Of a stretch of 64,000 bases of DNA, positions 50,441 through 63,284 are shown in pieces. The stretch is taken from the NCBI RefSeq assembly GCF_964213995.1, contig NC_135819.1, positions 45,942,001 through 46,006,000 on the forward strand. The letters are read 5' to 3'. The position numbers and the translations under genes are program-made. The notes under the pieces are model-generated. The model was given only the letters and a program-made list of their open reading frames with translations. It had not been told where the DNA came from and searched no databases. This DNA is from Mustelus asterias (Eukaryota). The first letter of the stretch is position 1. Each line of letters starts with the position of its first letter.

Positions 50441-51493
50441 TCCAAGTCGGATAGTCATTTTCTTCTATCAAACAGTTCTCCAGGTATTTATCCAACTCTG
50501 ATAGTCAGATTTTTCTATCAAATGTTTCTCCAGGTTCTTATGAACCCTGATAGTCAGATTCCTCTATCTCAAATGTTTCTACAGATACTTTTCTAACTCT
50601 GACAGTTATTTGGGACCAGATCAGAAACTCCAAGGTATATTATGAAGTTAGCTTAAACCCCAACGTTTTTTGATTTTGGCATTAGGCTGAGCATAAGGTG
50701 TTTCACTCCAGGCATAATTTGATTAATCCATGAGGAAGCTTTTATTAAAACAAACCATATTTAACAACACAGTTAGAATATAACAAAAAAAATTAGCATA
50801 ACTTTAACCAATTGAAATTCTTAAATATGACAAGGTGTAATTTTTAACAGCTAGCTATCCCTATAGTTCCAATTTAAGCAATATCCCCACAGACATAAAT
50901 CCCTTTTCTGAATAAGTTAGCACAAAAAAAAAATTGGCTCACATGGATGCTCGATTTCCAGCCTTTTAACTCCTCTGGACAGAAAGACGCTTGTCTCCTG
51001 ACACCCATACAGCAGCCTCCAGAGAAAGTGACTTCTTTCCTGGCAGATCCCAAACTCCAAAACCAGAGAGAAAAGGAAGCACAAAGAAAGATATCTCTCT
51101 CTAAAGATCTCAAGCAGTAATTGAGCTTATTTCTCCGTGTAAGCCCCGTCCTGCCCAGTCACATGATTTTTCCCATCAATCAACCTAATCAACCTTCCTC
51201 TGAAAAATCCAGGGGAAACACTAAAATAACAGAACTGCATTAATCCAGATTAAAACAAACATTCTAGCAATTAGGACTCATTATGTTTCCGCAGTATCAA
51301 CCGGTTACAGACAAAGTGGCACTGATAAATAGAACTGACTCCTGAAACAAATTCCTGCACAAGCAACATGACACAAATACATTTCTGAATGGCACAATAT
51401 CATCACATGGTCAGATTTCTCTCTCAAACGTTTCTCTGCAAACTCTGATAGTAATATTCCTCTATCCAGGTACTTAAACTCTGATATAGTCAG
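50441..51493. repeat. About 50-bp degenerate minisatellite split by an LTR-like insertion
   Basis: Unit tccaactctgatagtcagatttttctatcaaatgtttctccaggtattta at 50441, 50491 and 50541, resuming at 51408. Confidence 0.75.
50604..51407 (-). mobile_element. Solo-LTR-like element
   Basis: Minus strand starts TGTGATGA, has AATAAA near 50740-50745 and ends ...ggtcccaaataac. It interrupts the minisatellite. No clean TSD. Confidence 0.55.
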
Positions 51494-52049
51494 TTCCGTC
51501 TGTTAGCAGTATGTTTATAATTCATAATTGCATTGTTAAAGAGTATACAGATGGAGGGCATTGATTAAATATCTTGAGCATGTATAAAGAGAGGCCTCTG
51601 GTCCCCAGGGTGAGAGTTAGGAAGGAGGTGGACATATATAATGTTGCATTTTAAAATAAAGCTAGCATTAAGTTAAAAAAGGCGTCTGGTTTCCACTTCC
51701 CCATTTGACTTCTGAATGAGTTTAACACCTACTGCTTTCCTTGCAAGTGCAGTCCATGCATTTACAACCCACCATGTAAAATGGCTAAAGCTTAACTGTA
51801 ATTTCAATGTCCTTCCTCCAGGTTTAAAGCTATGGCCTTTCTGAATATGAACTGGAGCCCTCCTCTTGACTATGCTGCACTTACTATGCTGGACCACCTT
51901 AATTTGCAAATTACAAAGTAACGGGGTCAGGTGATAAAGCAAATTAGCTTCCAATTCTTACCCATGGCAAATGGTGCGCAGACAGGATTTCAGTTCATCA
52001 GGCACATTTTCCTTTAAGAAACAGTGCAGCTTTAATCCTCAGAGCAAAG

Positions 52050-52320
52050 GGACGACCTTTTAGAACTGAGGTGAGGAGGAATTTCTTCAGCCAGAGACTG
52101 GTAAATCTGTGGAATTCATTGCCACAGAAGGCTGCAGAGGCCAGGTCAATGAATGTATTTAAAGACAGAGATAGATAGATTCTTGCTTGGTAAGAGGATC
52201 AAAGGTGATGAGGTAAAAGCGGGAGAATGGGGTTGAGAAATTTATCAGCCATGATTGAATGGCGGAGCAGGCTCGATGGCCGGAATGGCCTAACTCTGCT
52301 CCTATATGTTATGGTCTTAC
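52050..52320 (+). mobile_element. CR1 3' tail
   Basis: tttagaactgaggtgaggaggaatttcttc...ggccggaatggcctaactctgctcctat. Confidence 0.85.
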
Positions 52321-52529
52321 AGCGATAGCATGCCCCTGCCAGCAATATTACAGAACCAGGATTTCTATTCATGAAAGAATGCACATCTATTTTTTTTATT
52401 TTGTTTGCTGCAACCTGTGAAGAGAAAACTCCTGGATCAAACCTCCCCTTTGCAAGAATAAACTTGGAACAACTCACTATACTTGCATATGGAAGTCATT
52501 ATGATTAATTCCATTAGTACTTAAACAAC

Positions 52530-52832
52530 AGCACAGTAGCACAGTGGTTAGCACTCTTGCCTCACAGCGCCAGGGACCCGGGTTCGATTCACGGCTTGGG
52601 TCACTGTCTGTGCGGAGTCTGCACATTCTCCTGTATCTGTGTGGATTTCCTCCGAGTGCTCTGGTTTCGTCCCACAGTCCAAAAGACATACTGGTCAGTT
52701 GCATTGACCAGAACAGGTACCAGACTGTGGCGATGAGGGGAATTTCACAGCAACTTCATTGCAGTGTTAACGTAAGCCTTACTTGTGACATGAATAAATA
52801 AACTTTAAGTTTAAAAAACTTTAAACTTTAAA
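52530..52832 (+). mobile_element. Alternative-tail V-SINE
   Basis: Head plus ttcacagcaacttcattgcagtgttaa...(taaactt)n. Confidence 0.85.
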
Positions 52833-53309
52833 ACCCAGCTCCTGAAAATGACTTGAAGTGAGGCTGATGTACTCATAATCCTATGCAGATAAAAGCAGAG
52901 ATAAGGACAATACTTCATTCAGAAAGTTATACGGGGGTGGGAGGAGGGGAGGTGTTGATTTCTATCTCTCCGCAGCTTCGTTTCCAGTGCGAATGGATAA
53001 CACCAAGACGAGAATCAAGCTTACTGCCAGCCTCAGGTCTGCAATGTTTGAGCAAGCACTCGATTCAGGCCCTCAATAATCCCACCGGAAGCAGGAGTCT
53101 CATTAATCAATGCAAGTCTGAGCCCAATGACGTCTTCAGGTTCCTGAAGACATTTTAGTCCCCTTGGTGATAAATCAGCTCGTTATTCATGTGTAATAAA
53201 GGGTGAGAAACAATCCGGTTCAGCATAAATTCAAGGGATTGTTGGAAGCAGGTCTGGAAATATTAATTTATTGATTTAGCATTCCTAAACCCTCAAGATT
53301 ACTCATTGG

Positions 53310-53616
53310 ACCATACTGTGCAGAAGGAGGCCATTTGGCCCAACAAGCCTGCACCACTAACAATCCCACCCAGGCCCTATCCCTGTAACCCCATGTATTT
53401 ACCCAGCTAATCTCCCTGACATTAAGGGGCATGACAAATCCACCTAACCTGCACATGTTTGGACTGTGGGGGGAAACCGGAGCACCCGGAGGAAACCCAC
53501 GCAGACACGGGGAGAACGTGCAAACTCCACACAGACAGTGGCCCGAGGCCGGAATTGAACCCAGGTCCCTGACGCTGTGAGGCAGCACTGCTAACCACTG
53601 TGCCACCATGCTGCCC
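53310..53616 (-). mobile_element. HE1-type V-SINE
   Basis: Reverse tail, core and head. Confidence 0.88.
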
Positions 53617-54224
53617 TCAAATTGCCTTCTGTGCCGCTGTCCAATTCCGCCCTTCATCTCCACCCTTTTAAGTTATCACTGCAAGTCCAGACTCGGTGTC
53701 GACGCTGCCAGATTTCCTGACCTTCCAAAATGGCATGCTGGCTGTCAGAACTTGGGCAGCTTCATTTCAACTATATTCCAGGTGACCTGGGCCTCAAAAA
53801 AGCCCAGGAACACCAATAATAATAAGAAGGTGTCGCAATCGGAACCTGAACTGCCTGATGCATGCTTAAAGGCCAAAATTGTGTAGAAAGGACACCATCC
53901 AACACAATCTGTATGTGTGTACAACATGCGCAAGTATACGAAACATGAGGGTTCGAAATCTTAAACAATTTACAGTCTTTGATTATTTCGTGAGAAAGAT
54001 GGTGAACAGTAGATTACCCGCATTAGCCTGTAAATTCACATTCATGACAGTTCAGCCATTGAGAGAGAGGAGTAACTTTCAACAACAAAAACCTGTCAAA
54101 TCACCTGATTTGGGATTTACCTCACATTTTATTTATTTATTTATTTATTTGATATCCGAGCTGTTGAGCAACATCTTAAACGACAAAACACAGGGCGAAA
54201 TCTTGTCCTATCTTCTTTGTCTTT

Positions 54225-54330
54225 AACTTTGATGAAGGGTAACCTAGACATGAAACTTTGGCTATATTCTCTCTCCACAGATGCTGTCAGACCTGCTGAG
54301 AGTTTCCAGCATTTTCTGTTTTTGTTTGAG
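54225..54330 (+). mobile_element. Old Penelope-type pLTR (second family) with decayed hammerhead
   Basis: tTGATGAagggt...tGAAAc followed by ctctctccacagatgctgtcagacctgctgag. Confidence 0.55.
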
Positions 54331-55667
54331 TTTGTGCTTCAATTGCTAGATCCCAACAAAGGTTTCAGGAGAAGGTAGCAAATGCATATCCTTTCAGGAA
54401 AGTCCAGGCTAACACAAAAAGGGGCCAAAAGAGTAGGATCTACAAGAAGTGGCTTAAAAGGGCTTAAATAACAGGATGAAGTAGGAAAACACGAGTGCAT
54501 TAATTTTCTAGTTTTACAACACTGAATATTTGTCAGCTCGATCTTGAGAAAAACATGTGAGCGCAGACAGACTGACCAGATGGCTGCAAGATGATCTATT
54601 AATGGAGAATGAGTACTTTGTTTATCCAGCATCCTCCATTATAATGTAAAATTACAATGGAATTAAGTTCACAGAAAGGATTTGTATATCATTATCATAA
54701 AATCAATCTGTTCCTGGAGTTTAGATGGTTAAAAATTAATTCAGCGATTCTATCTTATCCTGGTATAACACAGGACATGTTTTGAACAGTGCACATCCTT
54801 ACCTTCATCTCTTCATACACATCAATTCATTTGAACAATGTAAAGGATGAGGAGAACAAAGTACATTTTTTTGAAATGTATTGTCTCAATTAAATGTCTC
54901 TCAATAGATTCTTTTCAGCCATTCTGGACACCAGGACAAACCACCACAAATGTAACCAGTCTCACAACCTCAGGGAACCAACTTGGAGCCTGTCAGCTGG
55001 AGAGAGGAGCTTCTGCAATCAATAGTGATCTTTGACCTCTGGCCAGATCTGGGGAAATACCAGACAATCTGGGACTTGTTCTCAGAGACACACTTTAAAC
55101 AAATTTGCCTCAGAGCAGAGCAACTCTCACTCTGCTCATGAAGGGCACCCCATCCAACAGAAACACCAGAATTCAGGCCTCTCCAGACCACACCCAAACC
55201 AATATCATTGTCAGGGACAGAGCCCAAATAAAGCTAGTTCAGTCCTCAATCTACCTGTGCAAGCAAACTCTATGTAGCAATACTTTTCCCCAAGGTGTAC
55301 AAGATGCATAAGAGCATTGACTCTCATAAAATAAGTGACTAAATACTTAAACTCGAATTGCACATTATTTAGCCAAATCGATGTGTATGTACATCCGTCT
55401 GTAGAACATGCTAACATTGGTCGCTTTTGTTACAAACATCGACCTCAGGAAAAAAAGTTGACGAGGAAAGATTTCTAGACAAAGTGCAGACAGAGACAGA
55501 ATTCTTTTAAACACATTGTCAACATGTAGGATGCTTCCTCAATAAGGTCAACAGTTAACATAACATCCTTCAGATTTAAACCTTCCTGACGTATAGAAGG
55601 AAACAAAATGTTAGCAACTCGGCAGCTAATATTTTCTAGTTATATTCGTTGATCACCCAAAAAAGTC

Positions 55668-56020
55668 TTGCAATGATATAGTACTTTTCAGGACCACAGA
55701 ACATCTCAAAGCTAATGAAGTATCTTGGAAGTATAGTTGTACTGTAAGAAACAGCAGCCAATTTGCACACAGCAAACTTTCACAAGCAGCAATGTATTAT
55801 CATAATGTCCAGACGATCTGCTTCTAGGATGTTTAATGAGGGATAAATGTTGAGCACGACACTGAGGATAACTCCCACGTTCTTCTTCAAAAAAGTTCCA
55901 TGAAATCTTTTACATCTATCTGCCTGAGGGGGTATTTAAATGTCTTAGCTGAAAAACAGTGCATGCTCAGTATTGCACAGCAGTTGTCAGCCTTAATTGT
56001 TGTGCTCAAGTCTTGAACAC
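55668..56020 (-). mobile_element. Degraded Deu-domain SINE
   Basis: gcagccaatttgcacacagcaa...gagggataaatgttg...atcttttacatc...ctcagtattgcac. Confidence 0.65.
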
Positions 56021-56598
56021 AGAGATAAGGCGAGGTGCAGACTTCAAAGTGGAGTTAGAGGGCGAGGGCAATAATTGGGCCGGGCGTGCATGCAGAGTTC
56101 AACCTCCTATTTTAAAATCTTGATTTTTATATACTTCCATTAATAATTCTTGTGCCACATTAACCCATGCACGTTGCCCACATAAACTTGTCACATTGTA
56201 GTTACATCTTCAAGCCAGTAAAGACACGACAGCGCCAACACTGCTGGGAGTGTGGAATTACAGCAACATGCGCCCATAGAAGATCCAGGATCGCATCTGT
56301 GCTGAGAGAATCAGAATAGAAACTCTCTCCAAGTGTGACCAATGATGCTGCAATTGGCATCACAAATTTGCATTGCCAAAATACGTTACATGTGGACATT
56401 GGGATTTAGAACAAAAGAAAACGTGACGAAACAATGAAGTCAAGTGGCACAGACAGAAAATGCGTTTATTTGAAGTACACAAGTCACACTTTGATTACTC
56501 CTTGACTGCATATGGTATTCTTCTCCCAAACTAAAATTAGGTTTTAAAATGTTTTTTTTCTGAAAATCACTTGAGTATGGAAACATAGTGGTGATGTT

Positions 56599-57870
56599 GA
56601 CCTTGACCTTTGTCAAGGGCAGATCGTGCCTTACGAGCCTGGTGGAGTTCTTCGAAAATGTGACTAAACACATTGACGAAGGGAAGGCGGTAGATGTGGT
56701 TCATATGGATTTTAGCAAGGCGTTCGATAAGGTCCCCCATGCAAGGCTTCTAGAAAAAGTGAGAGGGCATGGGATCCAAGGGGCTGCTGCCCGGTGGATC
56801 CAGAACTGGCTTGCCCAAAGGAGGCAGAGAGTGTGTATAGATGGGTCTTTTTCTAAATGGAGGTCGGTCACCAGTGGTGTGCCCCAGGGATCTGTTCTGG
56901 GACCCTTGCTGTTTGTCATTTTCATAAATGACCTGGATGAGGAAGCGGAGGGATGGGTTGGTAAGTTTGCCGACGCCACGAAGGTTGGTGGGGTTGTGGA
57001 TAGTCTGGAGGGATGTCAGAAGTTACAGAGGGACATAGATAGGATGCAAGACTGGGTGGAGAAGTGGCAGATGGACTTCAACCCAGATAAATGCGTCGTG
57101 GTCCATTTTGGTAGGACAAATGGGATGAAGGAGTACAATATAAAGGGAAAGACTCTTAGTACGGTAGAAGATCAGAATGACCTTGGGGTCCGGGTCCATA
57201 GGACTCTGAAATCGGCCCCGCAGGTGGAGGAGGTGGTTAAGAAGGCATATGGTGTGCTGGCCTTTATCAATCGAGGGATTGAGTTTAGGAGTCCGGGGAT
57301 AATGATGCAGCTATATAAGACCCTCGTCAGACCCCACTTGGAGTACTGTGCTCAGTTCTGGTCGCCTCTCTATAGGAAGGATGTGGAAAAGATTGAAAGG
57401 GGTGCAGAGGAGATTTACAAGGATGTTGCCTGGATTGAGTGGTATGCCTTATGAGGATAGGCTGAGGGAGCTCGGTCTTTTCTCCTTGGAGAGACGAAGG
57501 ATGAGAGGAGACCTATTAGAGGTGTATAAGATGTTGAGAGGCATAGATCGGGTGGACTCTCAGAGGCTTTTTCCCAGGTTGGAAATGTCTGCTACGAGAG
57601 GACACAGGTTTAAGGTGCTGGGGGGTAGGTACAGGGGAGATGTTAGGGGTAAGTTTTTCACACAGAGGGTGGTGGGCGAGTGGAATCGGCTGCCGTCAGG
57701 GGTGGTGGAGGCGAACTCAATAGGGTCTTTCAAGAGACTCCTGGATGAGTACATGGAGCTTAATAGGATGGAGGGTTATAGGTAGGTCTAGAAGGTAGGG
57801 ATGTGTTCGGCACAACTTGTGGGCCGAAGGGCCTGTTTGTGCTGTAGTTTTTCTATGTTTCTATGTTTCT
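56599..57870 (+). mobile_element. Young CR1 LINE 3' 1.27 kb inserted in a SINE head
   Basis: ORFs 56588-57454 and 57348-57785 joined by one frameshift near 57400. Catalytic FADD reads FADA. (tttctatg)n tail. Candidate TSD atgtt at 56594-56598 and 57871-57875. Confidence 0.95.
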
Positions 57871-58250
57871 ATGTTACTGGTCTGCTGATCCAAAGGCCTG
57901 GACGTTTATCCAGTGACATGAGTACCAAGACAGTGAGGAAATTTAAATTCAGTTCATTAAATAAATCTAGAATAAAAAGCCGGTATCAGCATGGTGATTA
58001 CAAAACAAACCAATTGACATAAAAACACATTTGGCCCACACATGTTCTTCAGCGAAGGGAATCTGCCGTTATCCCCAGTCTCGCCAATATGGGACTCCAA
58101 GCCTACATCAATATGGTGAACTCAGAAGTGGCCCAAGCAAGTCATTAAGGCAGCTCAGCATCACCTTCTCATGGGCAGTTAGGCACCAACAACAAATAAT
58201 GGCCCTTTCTAGTGACATCCACATCCCATGAATAAATTAATAAAAACCTC
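57871..58250 (+). mobile_element. Remainder of a tRNA-derived SINE (same family as 45768-46160)
   Basis: aaatttaaattcag..aataaatctagaat..., tail gacatccacatcccatgaataaa. Its head lies at about 56580-56598. Confidence 0.7.
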
Positions 58251-58487
58251 AAAACACTTTTTTAAAAAAAAAAATCAATACCTGTTGGTCCCAAGAATGG
58301 AAAAAAAAAATTTAGACTGAAATATCTGGATTGAATCTCACCACACTGGACATGTCAATTCTCTTTGATTCAGCTAGCAAAGTCTAACCTGTGATGCTCA
58401 TGTATGGACCTCAGTGCTTCACTGTTTCATGATGAGGGACAAATTGTTTAACGATCTCATGGCATCATATTGGTGAGCAAAGGGATT

Positions 58488-59571
58488 TAGAAACATAGAA
58501 ACAGAGAAAACTACAGCACAAAACAGGCCCTTCGGCACCACAAGTTGTGCCGAACATATCCCTATCTTTTCGGCCTATCTATAACCCTCCATCCTATTAA
58601 GTCCCATGTACTCATCCAGGAGTTTCTTAAAAGACCCTATTGAGTTCGCCTCCACCACCACTGACGGCAGTCGATTCCACTTGCCCACCACCCTCTGTGT
58701 GAAAAACTTCCCCCTAACATTTCCCCTGTACCTACCCCCCAGCACCTTAAACCTGTGTCCTCTCGTAACCCTGGGAAAAAGCCTCTGAGAGTCCACCCGA
58801 TCTATGCCTCTCAACATCTTATATACCTCTATTAGGTCTCCTCTCATCCTACGTCTCTCCAAGGAGAAAAGACCGAGCTTCCTCAGCCTATCCTCATAAG
58901 GCATGCCACTCAATCCAGGCAACATCCTTGTAAATCGCCTCTGCACCCTTTCAATCTTTTCCACATCCTTCCTGTAATGAGGCGACCAGAACTGAGCACA
59001 GTACTCCAAGTGGGGTCTGACGAGGGTCTTATATAGCTGCATCATTATCCCCGGACTCCTAAACTCAATCCCTCGATTGATAAAGGCCAGCACACCATAT
59101 GCCTTCTTAACCACCTCCTCCACCTGCGGGGCCGATTTTAGAGTCCTATGGACCCGGGCCCCAAGGTCATTCTGATCCTCCACAATACTAAGAGTCTTTC
59201 CCTTTATATTGTACTCCTTCATCCCATTCGACCTGCCAAAATGGACCATGCATTTATCTGGGTTGAAGTCCATCTGCCACTTCTCCGCCCAGTCTCGCAT
59301 CCTATCTATGTCCCTCTGTAACTTCTGACATCCCTCCAGACTATCCACAACCCCACCAACCTTCGTGTCATCGGCAAACTTACCAACCCATCCCTCCACT
59401 TCCTCATCCAGGTCATTGATGAAAATGACAAACAGCAAGGGTCCCAGAACAGATCCCTGGGGCACACCACTGGTGACCGACCTCCATTTAGAAAAAGACC
59501 CATCTATACACACTCTCTGCCTCCTTTGGGCAAGCCAGTTCTGGATCCACCCGGGCAGCAGCCCCTTGGAT
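58488..59571 (-). mobile_element. Young CR1 LINE 3' 1.08 kb, inverted relative to 56599-57870
   Basis: ORF 58575-59513 (312 aa; GVPQGSVLGPLLF, FADDTK), nearly identical to the plus-strand copy. Confidence 0.95.
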
Positions 59572-59577
59572 GGCTAA

Positions 59578-59850
59578 TGACATAGAAACAGAAATTAGAA
59601 GCAGGAGTAGGCCATTTGGTCCTTCGAGCCTGCTCCGCCATTCATTTTGATCATGGCTGCTCATCAAATTCTATATCCTGATCCCCCGCTACCCCCCCAT
59701 TTCCCTTGATCCCTTTAGCCCCAAGAGCTATATCTAATTTCTTCTTGAAATCAGACGACGTTTTGGCTTCAACTACACTCTGTGGTAGTGAATTGCACAC
59801 ATTCAGCACCCTCTGGGTGAAGAAATTTCTCCTCACCTCAGTTCTAAAAA
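59578..59850 (-). mobile_element. CR1 3' tail (other subfamily)
   Basis: FRTEVRRNFFTQRV..NSLP and catagaaa tail. Confidence 0.85.
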
Positions 59851-60789
59851 GGTTTGAGGTGAGGTGCAAAACACCAGTTGTAATTCATTACTAATGCAGC
59901 CAACGTTCTTCGATGCAAAGAAACGCTCTCAGATTTTGACTGTAAGCAATCATATTATAGGTTTGCATTCCCACATGCTTGTATTGCAATATAAACCCCT
60001 CGGCATGGCTCCACATATTCCACACTGGCTACGGTTTTACATCCTGAAAAACGAGACCTGACAAACGACAAGTTATTGCATTGTCATTCTGAAGGCCGAC
60101 AAGTCCTGCTTTCTTCTTTCCATTTGCAAATTGTAATTTACATTTCGAAAGTGAACTTGACTATCATTGGTACTTCTCTCCCTGGGACCCATTTGTGACC
60201 TCAGCTCAGAATATTTCAAGAACAATCTACATGAATATTCATACGCGTCGAAGCACTGCTCCTTCTACACATATTGGCTGTTCTCTATTCCTCTGTATAT
60301 GATTCGGGATCATTCTCTTGTTTCCTTTTTCACTGAGATCACTCACCACACTTTAATTAGCTCATTATTATTACGATGTCCCAGGGGCTGTCATTTTCTG
60401 ACGAAGGCTTGGATATTGACACTGGGTGAGGAGAGAGAAATTCAGCTTCAAATTCCCCCCAGATTCTGGCAGAATCATGATTTTCTGGCAGTGTTCTGGT
60501 TCAGTTGAACAGAGTCTTGCATTCCTGATCTTTGACGTTAACCTTCCTTTTAGATTTCACATCTGTGTGATTTGCACAGTGTGTGTGGATGGTTCTAAAT
60601 ATTCCTTTTGAGTGCTAACAAAATGGGATTAAAAAATGATGTCTATTTTACTTCAGAATTTTTAGTTTTGTTCTAATGCCTGGAAATGATGAGCGATATT
60701 GTGATGTCTCAGTGAGGGGAAACACAGATGCCAATTTGCATTTATATAGCACCATCATGTCTCTAAAAGATATTGCAATACATTTAACA

Positions 60790-61075
60790 TTTAAAGTTTT
60801 AAAAGCTTTAAAGTTTATTTATTAGTGTCACACGTAGACTTACATTGCAATGAAGTTACTGTGAAAATCCCCCAGTTGCCACACTCCGACGCCTGTTCGG
60901 GTACACTGAGGGAGAATTTAGCATGGCCAATACACCTAACCTGCACGTCTTTCAGACTGTGGGAGGAAACCCACGCAGACACGGGGAGAATGTGCAGACT
61001 CTGCACAGACAGTGACCCAAGCTGGGAATCGAACCTAGGTTTTTGGCGCTGTGAGGCAGCAGTGCTAATCATTGT
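60790..61075 (-). mobile_element. Alternative-tail V-SINE
   Basis: aaagtttatttattagtgtcac...gagaatttagcatggcc and reverse head. Confidence 0.88.
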
Positions 61076-61172
61076 GCTGAAGTACAATGCTCTTTCACAT
61101 GTAATTACTTATTTCACCGTGCAAGAGACTGGTTTGCAGTTAGACACAGAGCAAAATGTTGCCAGGACAGCA

Positions 61173-61310
61173 GGGGTGGAATTTTCCAGTTGTTCATGCT
61201 GGCGGGATTCTCCAGTCCCGCTGCAGTGAATGGAGATTTGGTTGAGCGCCAAATTCTCTGTCCTCACTTGCAGCAGTGGCGGGCCATGAATGGCTGGAAA
61301 ATCCCGGCCC
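61173..61310. mobile_element. MITE-like element
   Basis: Termini ggggtggaattttccag and ctggaaaatcccggccc. Confidence 0.55.
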
Positions 61311-62469
61311 AGGCTTTTCCGCTCTTCTGAAAATAGTGCTGTTGGATATGCTGGCACCATCTCAATATTAAGTAGGATTTCTACTGAATGTTTCCTAAAG
61401 CGGGTAAGTTTAAAGATCCAGCCAGTTTCAGGATCCAGGGGGAAGGTAGGTTTGTCAGGTAAATGGATCGAATTGGAGGGTGTGGGCTGGTCAGGGTGAG
61501 AATTGGTCGAGTGTTGAATACTCATTGGGGGTGCTCGGTCATTGAGTGGTGGGGGAGAGGCTTGTCAGTCGCAGGTGGGCGGACAGTCAGTGGTGGGTCA
61601 GTCGGGGGGGACGGTCAGTCGAAGAGTTATTTGGGGAGGGGGGTTTGTCAGAGGGCCATTGTGGTTGTAGGGTTTGGCTGGTCGGTGGGTGGGCGGTCAA
61701 ATGGTTGTGGTCAGGGGCGTGGTGTTGTTCAGCAGAGGAGGGTGTTCAGGAGAGTGCGGTGGGGGAGTACTATAGTTACTCAGGAGTTCAGCTTTAATCC
61801 TTCTAACTTCTCCTGGGTAACTATCGACGTAAGACAGTCAGAACCATCGGAATTTGCAATTTAAATTGTACTTTCAGATGGTTCCAATTGCAGGGCAATT
61901 GCCCAAAAGAAGTTTGAACTTCCCGGATAATCGACATGCAATCCTTACCTAGAGACTGCCCTGGGATGGGGGGAGGGTTTCCCCAGTGAATCTTTGGGTA
62001 TCTCCCTGCCTCTGCCTCAAGTTACGATGCTCGTGAGCCTGGAATGGGCCACTGGTTTCAGCAGGAGATTTTCTCACTCCTGATTAACCTGATGTTTTGA
62101 GACTAATGCAATCTGTAATCAATGTTACATCCTCCTTGGACCAACCCCTTCTAGCCAGGGATCATCACGCCACCACCTCTGGTGACTTGGTCCTGCCGGT
62201 GGGAAAGGTATGGTGATAGGGGAGTCCGGAAGGTTGTCCAAATAATATCCTTCCTTGAGTGTGACTATGTCAGGCTGTTATTTGTCTGTGAGACAGCTAA
62301 TACGCATCCCAAAATGTCATTGAGGAGGAGTTTTAAGGGGTGACTCAGCTGGTTGTACCCTTGTCCCAATCTAGGTCAATGCCAGATGGTCCACTGGATT
62401 TTCTTATTAGATATTGTTTAAGCAATTTAGTATGACCGAATGTCTAGTTGAGACATTTTTGAACAAAGA

Positions 62470-62745
62470 TGAAGAAATGTACAGCACAGGAACAGGCCCT
62501 TCGGCCCTCTAAACCCATGCTGATCATGATGCCCTAATTTAACTAAAACACATCTGCCCTTACTCGGTCCGTATCCCTCTATTCCCTTCCTATTCATGTA
62601 CCCATCCAGATGCCTCTTAAATGTTGCTCATGTGCCTGCGTCCACCACCTTCTCTGACAGCGCGTTCCAAGCACCCACTACTCTCTGCGTGAAAAATGTC
62701 CCCCACACATCTCCCTTCAAGTTTCCTCTTCTCACCTTGAACTTT
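62470..62745 (-). mobile_element. CR1 3' tail
   Basis: tacagcacaggaacaggcccttcggccc...cccactactctctgcgtgaaaaa. Confidence 0.85.
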
Positions 62746-63284
62746 TGAGGGCAGTAAAGGAGTCAACTGCATTGCTATGGGTGTGCAGTCACATATAGAC
62801 CAACCCTGGTACAGAGGCTGTCTATTGGAGTGACATGAGGAATTTAAAACTTCCTAGATGTTTCAATGTCTTATGTCAGGCACCTGATAAAAACAAAACC
62901 CCAAAGAATTACTGGATTCAAGCATGAAGCATAAGTATAAGCAAGTGGTTGTATATCATCATTCTACATTTGAAAGTGGAATATGTGAATTGATAGGTTA
63001 TCCCGGAGTCATTGCTAAATCATACCTGACCTACTTATTGATTGTGGCACCTCAGTCTGACCCTATCCTTTCAGAAGATTGGACAGCCACTACCTAAGGC
63101 AATCATGAAGGATTTTCCAAGGGTGTTCCTGAAATTGGTTGCAATGTTTTTCTTTTATCTTTTTTGCCTCATGCGGGAGCAGGTCCATGAGGCTGTAAGA
63201 TCCGATTCATGGAGCTACCAGCCTTTACTTTTACTTTACATATGTCCATATGACTATATTTGAACAGAACGTACGTAAATTTTA

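Noticed and set aside
59950-60060. Minus-strand acceptor followed by a Cys-containing frame (zinc-finger-like)
   Set aside because: The frame stops after about 29 codons, with no C2H2 spacing and no donor site.
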